Below, piece after piece: positions 12,175-26,524 of a DNA stretch of 64,000 nucleotides (position 1 is its first letter; each line of letters starts with the position of its first letter). Position numbers and translations under genes: made by a program. A model generated the notes under the pieces. That model searched no databases, had not been told where the DNA came from, and saw nothing but the letters and a program-made list of their open reading frames with translations. This stretch comes from Octopus sinensis (taxonomy: Eukaryota), in the NCBI RefSeq assembly GCF_006345805.1, contig NC_043002.1, positions 16,058,001 to 16,122,000 of the forward strand, given 5' to 3'.

Positions 12175-12251
12175 AATCGCAAACCGATTTCGCCTATTAA
12201 CGAATAAATTACTTACGCAACCCTTCGTCCGTAGGACTCGTCAGTGCGATC
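12175..12251 (-). ncRNA. Type I minimal hammerhead ribozyme motif
   Basis: gatcgca-CTGACGA-g(t)ccta...taggc-GAAA-TCGG-TT-tgcgatt: 7-bp stem I, intact core, predicted GUU cleavage. Confidence 0.6.
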
Positions 12252-12569
12252 GTTCCAAATGCAATATAATTTGTAAAACTAACCACTATAAAAACAGACA
12301 CGTGCTAATTCCACCGATTCATTGGGGTTAATTTCAAATGTCTGAGTTCTGGCGCGCTAAATTCCGGAAACAAAAACTGCAGCAAATAATTTACTGCAGT
12401 TAATGTTGCCTATTAGAGAACATCATTATTTTAACATTTAAATAATGAGGGAGATAAATTGAATATTGATTTAATTAATATCACTTTAAAATCAATTTAT
12501 ATGCTAGGCTATTGGTTTTAAATTGATATTAATTAAATTAATATTCAATTTATCGCACTCATTATTTAA

Positions 12570-12600
<31 letters not shown>

Positions 12601-13013
12601 CATAAATACATATATAAATGTATATAAGTATATATATATATATATATACACATATATATATATATACGTATATATGTGTGTGTGTGTTTATATATGTATA
12701 TATATATATACATAGTCGAAAGACACCTGTTGTTAATATCCTGTCATTTTATTTGTAATTCTGTAACATTTCACCGTTTTGTTTTCTACAATGACAATCT
12801 AGAAGTCGACTGAGTATAAGAAACTCCGAATGACCCGTTCCTGTTTTTTCCTTTACTGTTTTTGTATCGTCTGTTTGGATGTTTTGTTGCATCTTTGTTT
12901 CATCTTTTATATCGGAATATATTTAGAGAAAGTGAGAGTTAGGGGAGAGAGAGATAGGATATTGATTGATTCTAGTAAAAATAGTTTGAGATGTGTTGTT
13001 TGCAAGTGAGAGA

Positions 13014-13096
<83 letters not shown>

Positions 13097-13258
13097 GGGA
13101 GAATTCACAAAAAATACAAGAGACGAAGACAGGTGGTCAAGAAAAGAAACATGTATTTGTATAACGCTCGGGAATTGAAACAATATTTAACGTTTCGATC
13201 CTACGCTCTTCCACAGAAAGGAACAGAGAAGGAAACCAGGAGAGAAACAAAGAGTGTA

Positions 13259-13290
<32 letters not shown>

Positions 13291-13294
13291 CTCT

Positions 13295-13705
13295 TTTACT
13301 CTTTTACTTGTATCAGTCATTTGACTGCGGCTATGCTGGAGCACCACCCTTATTCGAGCAAATCCACCCCGGAACTTATTCTTTGTAAGCCCCGTACTTA
13401 TTCTATTGGTCTCTTTTGCCGCACTGCTAGGTGACGTGGATGTAAACACACTAGCATCGGTTGTCAAGCAATGCTAGGGTGACAAACACAGACATACAAA
13501 CACACACACATACACACACATATATATACATACGACAGGCTTCTTTCAGTTCCCGTCTACCAAATCCACTCACAAGGCATTGGTCGGCCTGGGGCTATAG
13601 CAGAAGACACTTGCCCAAGATGCCACTCAGTGGGCCTGAACCCGGAACCATGTGGCTGGTTAGCAAGCTACTTACCACACAGCCACTCCTGCGCCTATAT
13701 ATATA
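13295..13705 (-). mobile_element. SINE A, full length
   Basis: Head, ttgggcaagtgtctt core, internal (TA)/(TG) tract and tail. Confidence 0.92.
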
Positions 13706-14194
13706 TATATATTTGTAAAAAATAAAGTTCAAAAATGCTGCTGTATTATACAATTTTTAATTTTTATATATATACATTATAACATGTTTCAGTTCCTGAA
13801 ATGAACTTTATCAAAAAAAGTTACATATAAAAAAAGACAGCTCATGCCGTCAAACACAAGAAATTCATTTATAATACACAACGGAGTCAGACATCTTAGA
13901 GTTCATATATAGTTGATATATAGTTCATGTATAGTTGATATATAGTTTGAAGTATATGTTCAAAGTGTTCGATGCAGTGGCCCACTGTGGCGATACGTAT
14001 TCAATACAAAAAACAGATCAAAGTGGTGGAAAGCGGTCAATACAGAAGATTGATGTTTCCGAAAGAGCGAGGAATTCATTTTTACCTTAAGCAAATGTGA
14101 TGACCCATGGTGGATGTTCGCTGGGTGGTTCTAATGAGTTTTTGTGAAGTGTTCGGTTTTATAATGCCTGTTAGGTGGTCAATTCAGCGTAGCG

Positions 14195-14625
14195 TGACGT
14201 CATGAACGTTTTTCCCATCGTTTCGTTAGGTGGCTTTAGTCATGTAGAACGGGACGTCATCATTATTTTGACCAATCGCTGCATTATAACTGTCTCTTGT
14301 TTGTTTTCCTGTTTTGACCAGTCGCTTCGTTAGTCAAGTAGAACGGGACGTCATCATTATTTTGACCAATCGCTGCATTATAACTGCCTCTTGTTTGTTT
14401 CCTGTCCTGACCAGTCGCTTCGTTAGTCAGCAGCAGAACGGGACGTCATGCAGATTCTGCCCAATCACGACTTATAGCTACATTAGATCTCCCCCTGTCT
14501 GTACTTGTTAGGTGACTATTCAAGCAGAAAAGGACGTCATCAATATTCTGACTAATGACTGTCCCCTGTTTGTATCCTGTCCATTCTAGCTGAGCTAGAC
14601 GTCATCAACTTGTTGACCAATCAGA
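14195..14625. promoter_or_regulatory. Cluster of CRE-like (GACGTCA) plus CCAAT composite sites within 94-95 bp repeats
   Basis: GACGTCA at 14253, 14347, 14442, 14533 and 14598, each followed 12 nt later by CCAAT (CTAAT once). Confidence 0.55.
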
Positions 14626-14789
14626 ATCGGGTCTGACCCTTAGCTGTATCGTATGTATCAGGGTCAGATTTGCACGAAAGAATTTTTTTCCCCTTTTTTA
14701 CTTAGGTATATTTCCGTCAGATTGAGTGTCTGTTTGAAGTAGCGGTCGTGGTGGAATTTTGCTTCTCCTTTTCGGAGGACTTATCTTTT

Positions 14790-16290
14790 GTTTTAGTATT
14801 CCTGGCCCAGGGTGTTTAAACTTGGTCTAAAATTTTTTATGAAATATAGTTCTTTTTTTGGCGTGTGTGTAGGTTGCGTTGTCACTGAATTTATAGAGCG
14901 GGTTAGTTGTAAATTTCGGATTTACATTTCCAGCACATCTATCTATGTGTCCGCTGACCGGTATTTTGCGGTAATCAGGGTTTCTAATTTGTGATTTATG
15001 CACCGCCATCCTGTTACGTAAGCTATTTTTTGTATGGCCTATATACTGCCTATTGCAGCCTGCGCATGTTATGACGTAAATTAAGTTTTCTGATGCGCAG
15101 GTGAAGTTTGTTCTAATGGTGAACTGGTGGCCTTGTTCCAGTATAAATTCTAATCCTTCTTTCAAGATGACACAGATTCCGCAGTGGGCCTTCCACATTT
15201 TCTAACTGCTGGTTTTGTGGTTGATGTTGAGTGCAGTGTAGCTTGGGTTAAAATCCTTTTCAAGGATTTTGGTTGCCGTTTACTTTTAATGATGGTGTGT
15301 GTTTCGAGGATCCGGTTCATCTTTGGGTCTCCCTTTAGTAGGGCTGTGCTTTGTAGTATGGTGTTGAAGGCCTCATTGTTGAGTGGGTTGTGTGTAGAAA
15401 TGTAGGGAAGGGTTTTTAATTGTTCTTTCTTTTTTGGTTTTGTTTGTCTCAGGTCTTCTATACTTAATTTAAGTACCCGTTGGATTGCACTGTCTATTAG
15501 GGGCTGTGGATAGTTTCTAGTTGTGAGTGTGGTTCTAAGTTCCTGGAGACGTGTGTGTCGGGTGTTTGTGTCTGATATTATAGTGCAAATCCTACTAGCT
15601 AAACAAAAAGGGACATTCATTCTAGTGTGTCGTGGGTGGCATGAATCAAAGGGTAGGTACTGTTTAGAGTCTGTCGGTTTATAGTAGATATCTGTCTCTA
15701 TTTTGTTGCCGGTTTTCTTAATGAGGATGTCTAAAAATGGTAATTCTTTTTCGTTGTGGTCCATCGTGAATTGTATATTGTCATTTATTCCATTTAATAG
15801 TATTTTAAATTCCTCAAGTTTCTCTATACCTTGTCCCAGATGATGAAACAGTCATCGAGGTATCTTTTCCAGTTGTTATGGATATAGGTGGCGAAGGTGT
15901 TTCCATATTTCTCGAGTGTCATCCGGTATAGTTTTTCTCGAGGTATCCCATCACTAGGTTGGCAAAAGATGGTGCAGTACGCGTGCCCATCGCTGTTCCC
16001 GATCTTTGCCTGTAGAAATCATTGTCAAAAATAAAATAATTGTTCTCTAAAATGAATCTAAGTCCTTCTATTATAAGGTCTTGTTTATGCGAGTGGGAGT
16101 TCAAAGGGGTAGTTATTCAGCCAGAAGGTGATCGCTTCTATTCCTAGGTTGTGAGGGATGTTAGAATAAAGATTAACTACGTCGAATGATACTAGAAGGG
16201 TTTTCTCATTGACTGTTTTAGGGAGGTGGTTGAGCATATCTATATCGTCTCTTACGTAGCTTTTGATGTGTTTTAGGAAAGGTTTAAGAA
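14790..16290 (-). pseudogene. Penelope RT / GIY-YIG endonuclease pseudogene
   Basis: LVSFDVVNLYSNIP, GTAMGTRTAPSFANLVMG, KRYLDD, LPFLDILI, YYKPTDSKQYLPFDSCHP, IYVITCAGCNRQYIGHT; several frameshifts. Confidence 0.93.
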
Positions 16291-17878
16291 GTGTGTGTGT
16301 GTGTGTGTGTGTTTGTGTGTGTGTGTCTATGTGTGTGTAAACAGGATCAAATTGATTGAGATAAAACAAAGTGAAAGTTACATGAAATATATATATTGCC
16401 TCTTGGTTTGGTTTGTTTTTGTTTTGTAAGCTCCTGAATGAAAAGTGATTCATTCGAATTGATACGAAACGCTTGCCTAAATTATAGCAAAAATAAACGA
16501 ACGGGTTAGAAGAAATAGAAAGCCAGTATTTATCAGACGTTGTAAGAAAGAAAACTATATATACCAAGAATAGAAGAGAAGAAAAAAAAAGAAAATGAAA
16601 ATAGGAAATGTCGTTGGATAGGTCAGAAACAAAATCAAAATACAGAAAGTGAGAATCGATAACATATAACCTTTTTTCGGAACCTATCGCTAATTTAATA
16701 ATAGAAAATGCACGTATACTTATCTTATTATATCTCGAGTTTTTCTTAAAGTTGTGGTGGATCTCAAGAATTTTCTCGACTTTTCCTCAAGCACGTGGGG
16801 GAAGTTCTTCGTCGAAGAAACAGCGGTGTTTTGACTTCGTGTTTTGTGAAAGATTCTTTCTGCTCAGTATATTTATGTAGGTGATTTGAAATATCTCATA
16901 ATTTTATAGATCTATTGCATTTTAGTATACTTTCCTGATAAGCTTACTGTTTTGTTCGAAATACTTTGTACGGTTTTCCAGGAGCACAGGGAATCATGTT
17001 TGAACCATACGAACCCGAAAGTACATATATATATATATATATAATATATATAATATATATATATATTATATATATATATATACATACATACATACATATA
17101 CATTTATGTGTGTGTATATGTGCATACGTATATGTATATGTGCATGTATGTATATGTGTATGTGTGTATCTATATACGTATGTCGTTTCTGTTTTTAATC
17201 ATTCAAATTCTTATTCTGACGAAGGAGCTGCTTCCTAACAAAAATACAAATCTCCATCGTTGGAATATAGAAAACCTAAACAATATCACAGTTGAAACCT
17301 GAGAAAAGTCTCACATGAATTTACTGTTCAATTTACAGATTGTATTTTTCTGCAAATCCAAACTTATACAGGTTATGTGTGTATGTCGATATGTATCTAT
17401 GTCTGTACGTATGTATGTATTTACACGTGTATGTATGTGTTGAGGAGGAAGGGAGGGATGGCGTGAGTCGTTGCTGTCTTGTTTAGAGGGTTGTCACTTA
17501 AGCATTTTATATATTGTTTTGTGGCAATCATTTTTGTTGTAGATGTTTCGATTCCAGGCCCGGGAGATGCATTGTATTCTTGGCCAAAACACTTCATTTC
17601 ATGTTGTCTCTGTCCACTCGGCTAGCAAAGATGTATAATCCTGCTACGGACCAGCGTCTTTTGTGGGGGAAGTTATATATACAATATAGAAACTGTGTAA
17701 CCGACCATTCTTTATTTGATTGATGGCGTGCAAGAGAGAGAGATAGATAGATAGAGAGAGAGAGACAGAAAGAATGACAGAGAGAGAGAAGAGTGAGAGA
17801 GAGAGAAAGATATGCTAATAGCTCGTTCGGACTTGTAAACAAGACATACACTGTGTTATGTCATGTAGAACATGTCTT

Positions 17879-18292
17879 ACTTCTTTATTGCCCAGAAGGG
17901 GCTACACATAGAGGAGACAAACAACGACAGACAAAGGGATTAAGTCGATTACATCGACCACAGTGCGTAACTGGTACTTAATGTATAGACTCGGAAAAGA
18001 TGAAAGGCAAAGTCGACCTCGGCGGAATTTGAACTCAGAACGTAACGACAGATGAAATACTAGTTTCTTTACTACCCACAAGGGGATAAACACAGAGAGG
18101 ACAAGCAAGGGCAGACAAAGGGATTAAGTCGATTACATTGACCCCAGTGCGTAGCTAGTTCTTAATTTATTGACCCCGAAAGGACGAAAGGCAAAGTCGA
18201 CCTCGGCGGAATTTGAACTCAGAACGTAACGAGAGATAAAATACCGCTAAGCATTTCGCCTGGCGCGCTAACGTTTCTGCCAGCTTGCCGCC
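17879..18292 (-). mobile_element. SINE family B (tRNA head, conserved gaggtcgactttgcctttcatcc domain), head-to-tail dimer
   Basis: One full copy plus a second unit starting at gtatttc. Confidence 0.92.
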
Positions 18293-18723
18293 ATGGAGAA
18301 AATTTCTTGCTGTAGACAAATGGTATAAATGCAACCAAATGTACACGCAGCACCAACTACCAAGACTGTGAGATGCAAGCATTTCAGACTGATTATCTTC
18401 TGATAGACACCTGGTGATTCGCTGGCAATAGATACCTGGCAATACATTGCGAAATTATAGGAGACACAATCTCCCTTCATGTTATTCCAGTCAAATCAAC
18501 AGCACATCGTAATTAAATCATGGGGCTGGAGCGCTAAGCACTGATATGGGTGTATTTACATCGTTTGTTTACAGGGAGAAATTTCCTCCATGAAAAATAC
18601 TGTGAATGACATGCTTACGAATCTCAACGAATCTTATTGGAACCGGTAATAACATTGCATATATATATCTATGAGTGATCTAGAAAGTTTCCGCTCACCC
18701 CATTGTGACTAAAGGTAGATTTT

Positions 18724-19026
18724 TTGTTTGTTCCTTCTCGTGCCATGCCTGGCTCATAAGGGCCGGTTTCCCAGTTTCCTTGGAGTATAGGTTCCCCACC
18801 TGGACGGGACGCCTGTCTGTCGCATGTGAGCTGCAAGATGCAGGAGGAAAGACTGAGAGAAAGTTGTGGCGAAGGAGTCAGCAGAATTCGCCATTACTTT
18901 CTGTCGGAGCCGCGTGAAGCTTAGGTGCTTCGCTCATAAACACACACATCACACGGTCTGAGATTCGAACACGCGATCTCTCCACTGCGTGTCCACTGCT
19001 CTAACCACTAGGCCATGTGACTCCAC
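18724..19026 (-). mobile_element. SINE family D (tRNA head, RTE-like tail) with 13-bp TSD
   Basis: TSD aaaggtagatttt at 18711-18723 and 19027-19039; A and B boxes in the head. Confidence 0.9.
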
Positions 19027-19699
19027 AAAGGTAGATTTTCTCGTTGTTATAAAATAAAGAATTCTAAGTGATTCACAGAGCAGAAGGAGTAAGCAGTTCA
19101 CTGGAAGCTGTTGATTGAGAGCGTTGAATCTCGTGTAATATTAAATATTGCACAAGCTTTGTAAATTAAATATCCAACTCTACGATATAAAGGTGACTAT
19201 GAATTGTTCGAAGCTTACATTAGACTTTTAAATTTTATTTTTGTCGGGATGTGTGGTACGAAGCCAACGCAAAATTTGTTTTAACATACGTAATTCATTC
19301 GCCTCTGTGGTGCTGCTATAACAGGGATAGCAAAAGCAGCAGTAGCTGCAACAGCAACAACAACACAAGCAACAGTGGAGAGATTTGTTTTATTTCTCTT
19401 TTCGCCTCGGTGTCACCTGAGCACTTGTAGCTGCAATCCTATTTTTATATTTGCTCCTCGGTTTTAACGAAATTGAATTTCAGCTTACCAATGTTATAAA
19501 ACTATCATCCTACGCGCAGACACACGCACGCACGCAAATACGCACTCACACACACACACATTTATATATTAATGCAAACATGAATGATAGGACTTAAAAT
19601 ATAAATATATATATCATATATATATATATACATTTTTATCATATTCAGATGTAACATAGGGACTCTAGATCCGAGTGATTCGTGCGTTGGCACTTATCA

Positions 19700-19847
<148 letters not shown>

Positions 19848-19851
19848 ATAC

Positions 19852-19975
19852 ATATATTAATAAAGAAATTCTAGCCTTGTCTGATTTTCACGTTTTATTT
19901 ACAATCTTTTAATGATATAAGATTGTAATAAAACATGAAAATCAGACAAGGGTGGAATTCCTTTTATTAATATAT
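19852..19975. repeat. Short foldback palindrome next to (TA)n
   Basis: ccttgtctgattttcacgttttatttacaatctt / aagattgtaataaaacatgaaaatcagacaagg. Confidence 0.85.
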
Positions 19976-20002
19976 TCCTCTATACACAATCACACATACC
20001 CG

Positions 20003-20049
<47 letters not shown>

Positions 20050-20906
20050 ATATATATATATATATATATAATACATACATAGATATTAAATAATAATAAT
20101 AAATATTAGGGAATAAATCCAAATTTCTTGTGTTTGATTTGCATAATAGTGGTTTTGTCTCTAATTAATATTAAACATACATATATATATATGCACACAC
20201 ATATATATACATAGATAGTACATATCTATAGGTAGTACATAGATAGATAGATAGATAATTAAGAACACACTTATGATTTGGTTATCTATAGTTCTCTATT
20301 GTATAACTTACTAGTGTTATTTCACAACCTTAGTGAATATTATCAGTAGAATTAGCTTGTCTGATATCAGGACAGTCGCAGAAGATATGATGAACATTTA
20401 AAATGTTTCTGACAGCCATTGTTTCAAAACGGAAGTTATCCATTCATTTATCTTATTCACGGCAAATTGTGAATGGACTTAGGTTTTTGTTTTAAATCTA
20501 TTTATTCTGTACTCATTGAAGTCATACGAATCACAGTATCCCAGAAGTCCTGTGGGAACATACATGTTAGCTCTGCATTTTGAAGCATTGTAAATAGCTG
20601 CGTATTCGATACTATTAAACAGAATTTGATAGGTTTATATTGATTGATGTGCTTCTTTGATAACTATCACTTCTGAGGTAGTAAGCCGAAACGTATTCAT
20701 AAAACGACCATTGATACTGCTACTTGTACCTAAAATATGGAAACGTAGTTGTCCATATAATTTTAAATGTCGCTACGTTTGACATTTTGATTTGACATTT
20801 TGCGTGTCGTTCGTGAGGCAGTGTGTCGATTGACATCTCAGTGTATACTTTGTAATTTGTGCAAATTGTGCCTTTGTGATCAAGATATTTTATATTCAAT
20901 TTTGTC

Positions 20907-21895
20907 ATGGCCGGAATTTGGAACAAAGACGTGTAATTTTGCGTTAAACTTGGGAAGTCCGCTACAGAAGCGTGCATGCTTTGGGAAGCTTACGGTGACG
21001 TGGCAATGGGTTGTACGTAACGTTTCGAGTGACACGGGCAATTCAAAAGTAGAAGATCCTCTCGGGAGGACAATGAAAGATCTGGAAGAACTGGCAAAAA
21101 CGACTCTCCCTCACCCACACACACACACACCACCAACACCAACATCAGCAATGGATATGTGGACAAAATTCATCAACTTTTGCCTATGCATCGTCGAAGG
21201 ATAATAAACGACAATGCTGATGTTGTTGGTCTATCGTATGGATCCGTGCAGTCAATCCTTATTTCGCACTGCTTGCTGACTACCGAGCAGAAAGAGAATC
21301 ATGTCGAAGTCTGTCAAGATCTCTGTCAGCCTGCTATTAATGAACCATCGTTCATGTCGAGGATCATCACCGGTATTGAGTGTTATGTCTGCGGGTACGA
21401 CTCAGAAACGAAGCAACAGTCGTCACAAAGGAAGAACCCTTAATCTCTTAGATGGCACGACCGGTCCGCAGCTCAATCAAGAAGAAACTCAAGGTTTTTC
21501 GACATCCATGGTATTGCGCATCGAGAATTTGTCCCTCATGGCCAGACCGTCAATCCATTCGAGAATTCTACACTGACGTTTTTAAACATTTAGGCGAAGA
21601 AATTCGGCGAAAACGACCTAAACTGAGGAGGCCGGATAATTGGATTCTTCACAACGACAATGCACGCAGTGAGCGAGCTTGTTACAGTGGTGAGTTTCTC
21701 GTAAAAAGCGCCCACCCTATTTACTAGATTTAATATTTGCGGACTTTCCCAGGATTATAAGGCCTCTCAAATGTTGCCGTTTTAATGCCGTTGTCGAAAT
21801 CCAGAGTGAATCGCTTAACGAAAACGTCTTCCAGGCATCATTCCAAAATAGCAGAAATGCTGCGACCAGTGTATTGCAGTGCAAGGTGATTATTG
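20907..21895 (+). pseudogene. mariner-family transposase pseudogene
   Basis: KLGKSATEA, LLTTEQKENHVEVC, SRIITG.E.YV.GYDSETKQQSSQ, FFDIHGIAHREFVP, WILHNDNA; many stops and frameshifts; TIRs not found. Confidence 0.9.
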
Positions 21896-22663
21896 TGCCA
21901 CGCTTCTACATTTATCATGATATATTGGCAAGAAACAACATAGTGGATTCTGTATAGTTCACACGATCACACGTAAGCATTGAAAATATATCTGGTCGAA
22001 ATTCCGAACAAGTCTCATGGTGCACGGTGGCCTATTTCTCGTCGCCGATTTATCAAGGTTTTGACTTTTAAGCATCGCTGCATTTCCACCAACATAATCT
22101 CTGATAGAAATATTTACTGAAAATGTATTTACAAACCATTGCAAGAACATGTTAACTTAGTTAGAAAGTTGTGCAGAAGGAAGATTGATTTCCGTTCGGA
22201 ATTTGCTGAAAGTTAAGAGCGAAATAATAAGCTTCAATGCTCATTTTATTTGACTTATCCATAAATGAAACCCAAAGCACTTCAAAAGAACACATAGACT
22301 GTACATTTTAATTTGCAATGCGTGTCACACTAAGATCATTCACTATTGTTAAACGATAAACTTACAAGCATCGTACACTAAGATATTAACAAGAAAAAAG
22401 AAAACTTCCTCATATTTTTTTTTTATCGGACATACAAAGTATAATCACATTCACTGAGAATCAAGTCAGTTAGGAGATCCGTCCATCATTGTATTCTAAA
22501 TTAATGACATCGAAGAAAAACATGCAACATTTGACGCATATCGACATTTGGAAAGGAAATATCTGTAAATCATAGAAAGCAAATATACACATACGCAGAC
22601 GTTATTATATAGGAGTAACACTGATATGCATATGAAACACACACACATGCACATAGGTATATG

Positions 22664-22706
<43 letters not shown>

Positions 22707-22716
22707 ATATATATTA

Positions 22717-22756
<40 letters not shown>

Positions 22757-23462
22757 TATATACTACACACATACAATTAGAAACAGATGGATAATGGATA
22801 TTTCACTACACCTGTTTCAACGAGTTTAGTTTCTTGACGAATATTGATGCTACATCATGTGAGAAAACTGTTTAGATATTTGAAAAGAAAAACATTTCCA
22901 CATATCACCAGTTTGTCCTATTTCAACAGCAAGATTCCCTAACCAGCAATATTCAATAGTGTATATATATCATTATATGCATATGTATATATGTATATAT
23001 GTATATATGTATGTATGCATAACAAAGATGCACAGGCGTCAATTCATCGCGGCCGTTTCAAACGACTCCTTTAATTGATTACGGAAAACATTACGTTATT
23101 GCAAAGAAACCGTTTTCGTCAAATGACAGAATAAACTTCATGCGCAGAGGACAAACCAACTGCTTTAATATGTTCGCATCTCCTATGGAACTCAAAATAT
23201 TTTCATTGATCCTGCTGCTATTTCTTAGGCAGAATGAGTTTAGAAATTAGTTTATCTACTGTCCTACATACTAGAAATTAAGGTTAGTGGGGTGGGATAA
23301 TTCACCAATTTGAGTCGTGGGATCTGCCTATATATGAAGACTATCAAGTGCAAGCACTTATGCACAGAGCTTGAATTTCACCTTATATTGTTTGGGGTCT
23401 GCAAATTAGATCGACCTAACAAAGTGCCTCAATTTAAGTACCGAATTCAACCGAATCTTAAG

Positions 23463-23501
<39 letters not shown>

Positions 23502-23505
23502 ATAT

Positions 23506-23554
<49 letters not shown>

Positions 23555-24044
23555 ATTTATGTATGTATGCATGTATGTACGTATGTATGCATGTATGTAT
23601 ATTTTACATACATACACACACACACATATATATATATAATGTATGTATGTATGTATATATAAACTGTGCTGTATAGATATTATTATTTAAGATAATAGCT
23701 GATATATATGATAGAAATATACAGGAAAAAATGAAGGAAAAAAAAAAGATATAGAGAATGAGAAATCTTAAGTTGTCTTCAGTAAATGGACAATAGATAT
23801 ATTTCTCGCTATATTTAGACATTTTTTCCTATTTATTTTCCAGTCATTTAAAAGCAAATTAGCGATAAATGGAACTGGTACGTGCGTAATGAAGTCATTG
23901 TGAAGAGAACTAAATTGAAAAGGTGGTTGATTCATAAATCATTGCCGATATCTCTATATAAGAAAACAAAGGGCTACATTTATTAAGTGACACACACATA
24001 CATAGGTGTATACACCCTCCGCCCCCTATATTTTTTTGTACGTA

Positions 24045-24080
<36 letters not shown>

Positions 24081-24255
24081 TGTGTAGATCATAGAAAGGA
24101 ATACTGGTATCATAGTAATCTTCGAATATATAAATATGTATATATACATGCACACTCACAAACACGTATTTATATATACACAAACAGACATACAGGTGCA
24201 CACACACACGCACACATACACACACACACACTCACACACGCACACACTCCCACAT

Positions 24256-24290
<35 letters not shown>

Positions 24291-24355
24291 CATATATTTA
24301 TTTATATGTTTACGGGATGGTATGTAAGTATATACGAATAAATATATACGGAGAG

Positions 24356-24392
<37 letters not shown>

Positions 24393-25013
24393 GAGAGACA
24401 GGGAGATAAATTGATTCATTGATTGTTTGATTCATTCATTCACTGAATGATTGAATGGTGGTTTTGTTGACTGATTGACTGATTGATTGATAGTCGTATA
24501 GACGCTGGTAAATAATGGCTGCAACTCGACTTCGAGCTTTGTTCAAACGTGATTTCTCTTTTAAGTAGTCCTCCAAGTGACATGCGCACTTTTGTTTAGA
24601 TTTGACAAGAATGGATCCGCTACATACAAGGTTTGTGAGATATGCCTATATTTTATCATTGAAGTTTCACTGATCATTTAGCGTTTGTCGGTTACGACCC
24701 AGCGTATTCTTCTATTCTTGTCAGAAATACGAATACAGATGAAAAGTAATTGAGCCACATATATCTGGCAGTTCTTATTGCCCTGATGACTTATCCAATA
24801 TCACACGTGCTGCATGGCAAATACAAGTCTTCATTTAGCTGAATAAAATACTCCAAAATTGATAACTTTCATTTGTTTGAATGGAATTTACCTTGTAAAC
24901 TAGGGTATAAGAATTCATTATATTGACGTTAGTATTATTCGAAATAGTGGAAAACGAAAGGCAATGTTGTATGCGCGCGTGTATGTGTTCGTGGGTGCTG
25001 TGAGTGTCCCCGT

Positions 25014-25060
<47 letters not shown>

Positions 25061-25200
25061 TGTGTGTTTGTGGATATATATACACTGAGTATATGCATTA
25101 TAGTAATTCATAATATCAAATTATATTTCATCTACACAAGAGACTATTATCAATAATAATAATAATGATGATAAAGATAATAATAATAATAGTAGTAGCA

Positions 25201-25233
<33 letters not shown>

Positions 25234-25608
25234 GTCTCCTAATTTAATTATGAGCGTAGGTTTTGTTTTATATATTTGTCTATATATATATTTATCCGAA
25301 ATCACGCAGGAAGGAGTATGAGAAAGAGCAGTATAAATGATGGGAGAGTAACGAAAATAGTAATTCGGTGAAAGCCAAATAGTGAGAGTAATAGCCTTGA
25401 CTGAGAAGGAGTGAGAGAAAGTAATAGCAATGCGGAGAGAAAGTAGCAAAGAGCGCGTCGTGTTACTTCTGTTTTTCTCTGTCACAACATATGAACGAGA
25501 AAGGAAGGGGTGATGGCAAACTTGGTAGTAGAATGATGGAATTCTATGGTGAAAAAAACATTTCAACTCTGCGTGAGTATATGTTTGTTTATAAAAGAGT
25601 GTCATGTG

Positions 25609-25674
<66 letters not shown>

Positions 25675-25818
25675 GTAGATGTGAATGTGTGCGTGTGTTT
25701 GTGTGCAATGGAATTAGGATGGTGAATATTCAACGCTGAAATGAAAAATCTAACAGCGTTTCAACAGTGCGTGAGTAAATGTGTTGGTATATAAAAAGGA
25801 GTTATGTGAATGTTTGTT

Positions 25819-25862
<44 letters not shown>

Positions 25863-26129
25863 TGTGTGTGTGTGTGTTTGTGTTTGTGTGTATATATGTG
25901 TGTGTGTGTATTTGTGTGTTTGTAGTTATGTGTGTGCAATTGATGTGGGATGGTGAACATTCAACGCTGAAAAGAATAATCAAACAGCGTTTTAAATCTG
26001 TGCGAGTACATGTGCGTATGTGTGTGGGTGTACAAGGGAAGCATGTGAATGTTTGTGACCCTGATTACTATGTCAATTATGTTTTTTTTACCTTACTTAT
26101 ATATAAAACACTACAATTAACCGTCACTT

Positions 26130-26460
26130 TTGACAGCACGGGGCCAGGAGATCAACATATCATCAGGAAAGAAAGTGAAAACGTTGATAATATGAAGGCC
26201 TGAGAATCGAGATCGCTAAGATGTGGCAGCTATGAAAGTCGACATAATGGTTATTCCTACTGTCATCGGAGCATTGGGTTTAATACCACCCAATATCAAA
26301 AAATACATTTGTAAGCCTTAGAGATACCCGACAAAATAGATTTATTGCAAAAGTCGGCATTACTTGGAACTACACGCATATTGCGTGAAGTATTCTCTGT
26401 CTGAAACCCTTCTTATGACTCAACGTGTATAATAATAAATATAATAATAATAATAATAAT
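26130..26460 (+). mobile_element. R4/Dong-like retrotransposon 3' end with (AAT)n tail
   Basis: Translates to ..KMW..IP.VIGALGLIP..LLQKSALLGTTRILREV. Confidence 0.8.
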
Positions 26461-26478
26461 AATATAATATATTATAGT

Positions 26479-26524
<46 letters not shown>

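Larger units (their letters stand above)
13720..16290 (-). mobile_element. 5'-truncated Penelope-like retroelement
   Basis: RT plus GIY-YIG relics, 3' region with tandem repeats and a degenerate hammerhead at 13775-13815; the 5' end abuts (GT)n. Confidence 0.9.

Noticed and set aside
20663-20680. TGAGGTAGTA, matching the start of let-7 (also the reverse of actacctca near 45577)
   Set aside because: Only 9-10 nt match, and there is no precursor hairpin or remaining mature sequence.
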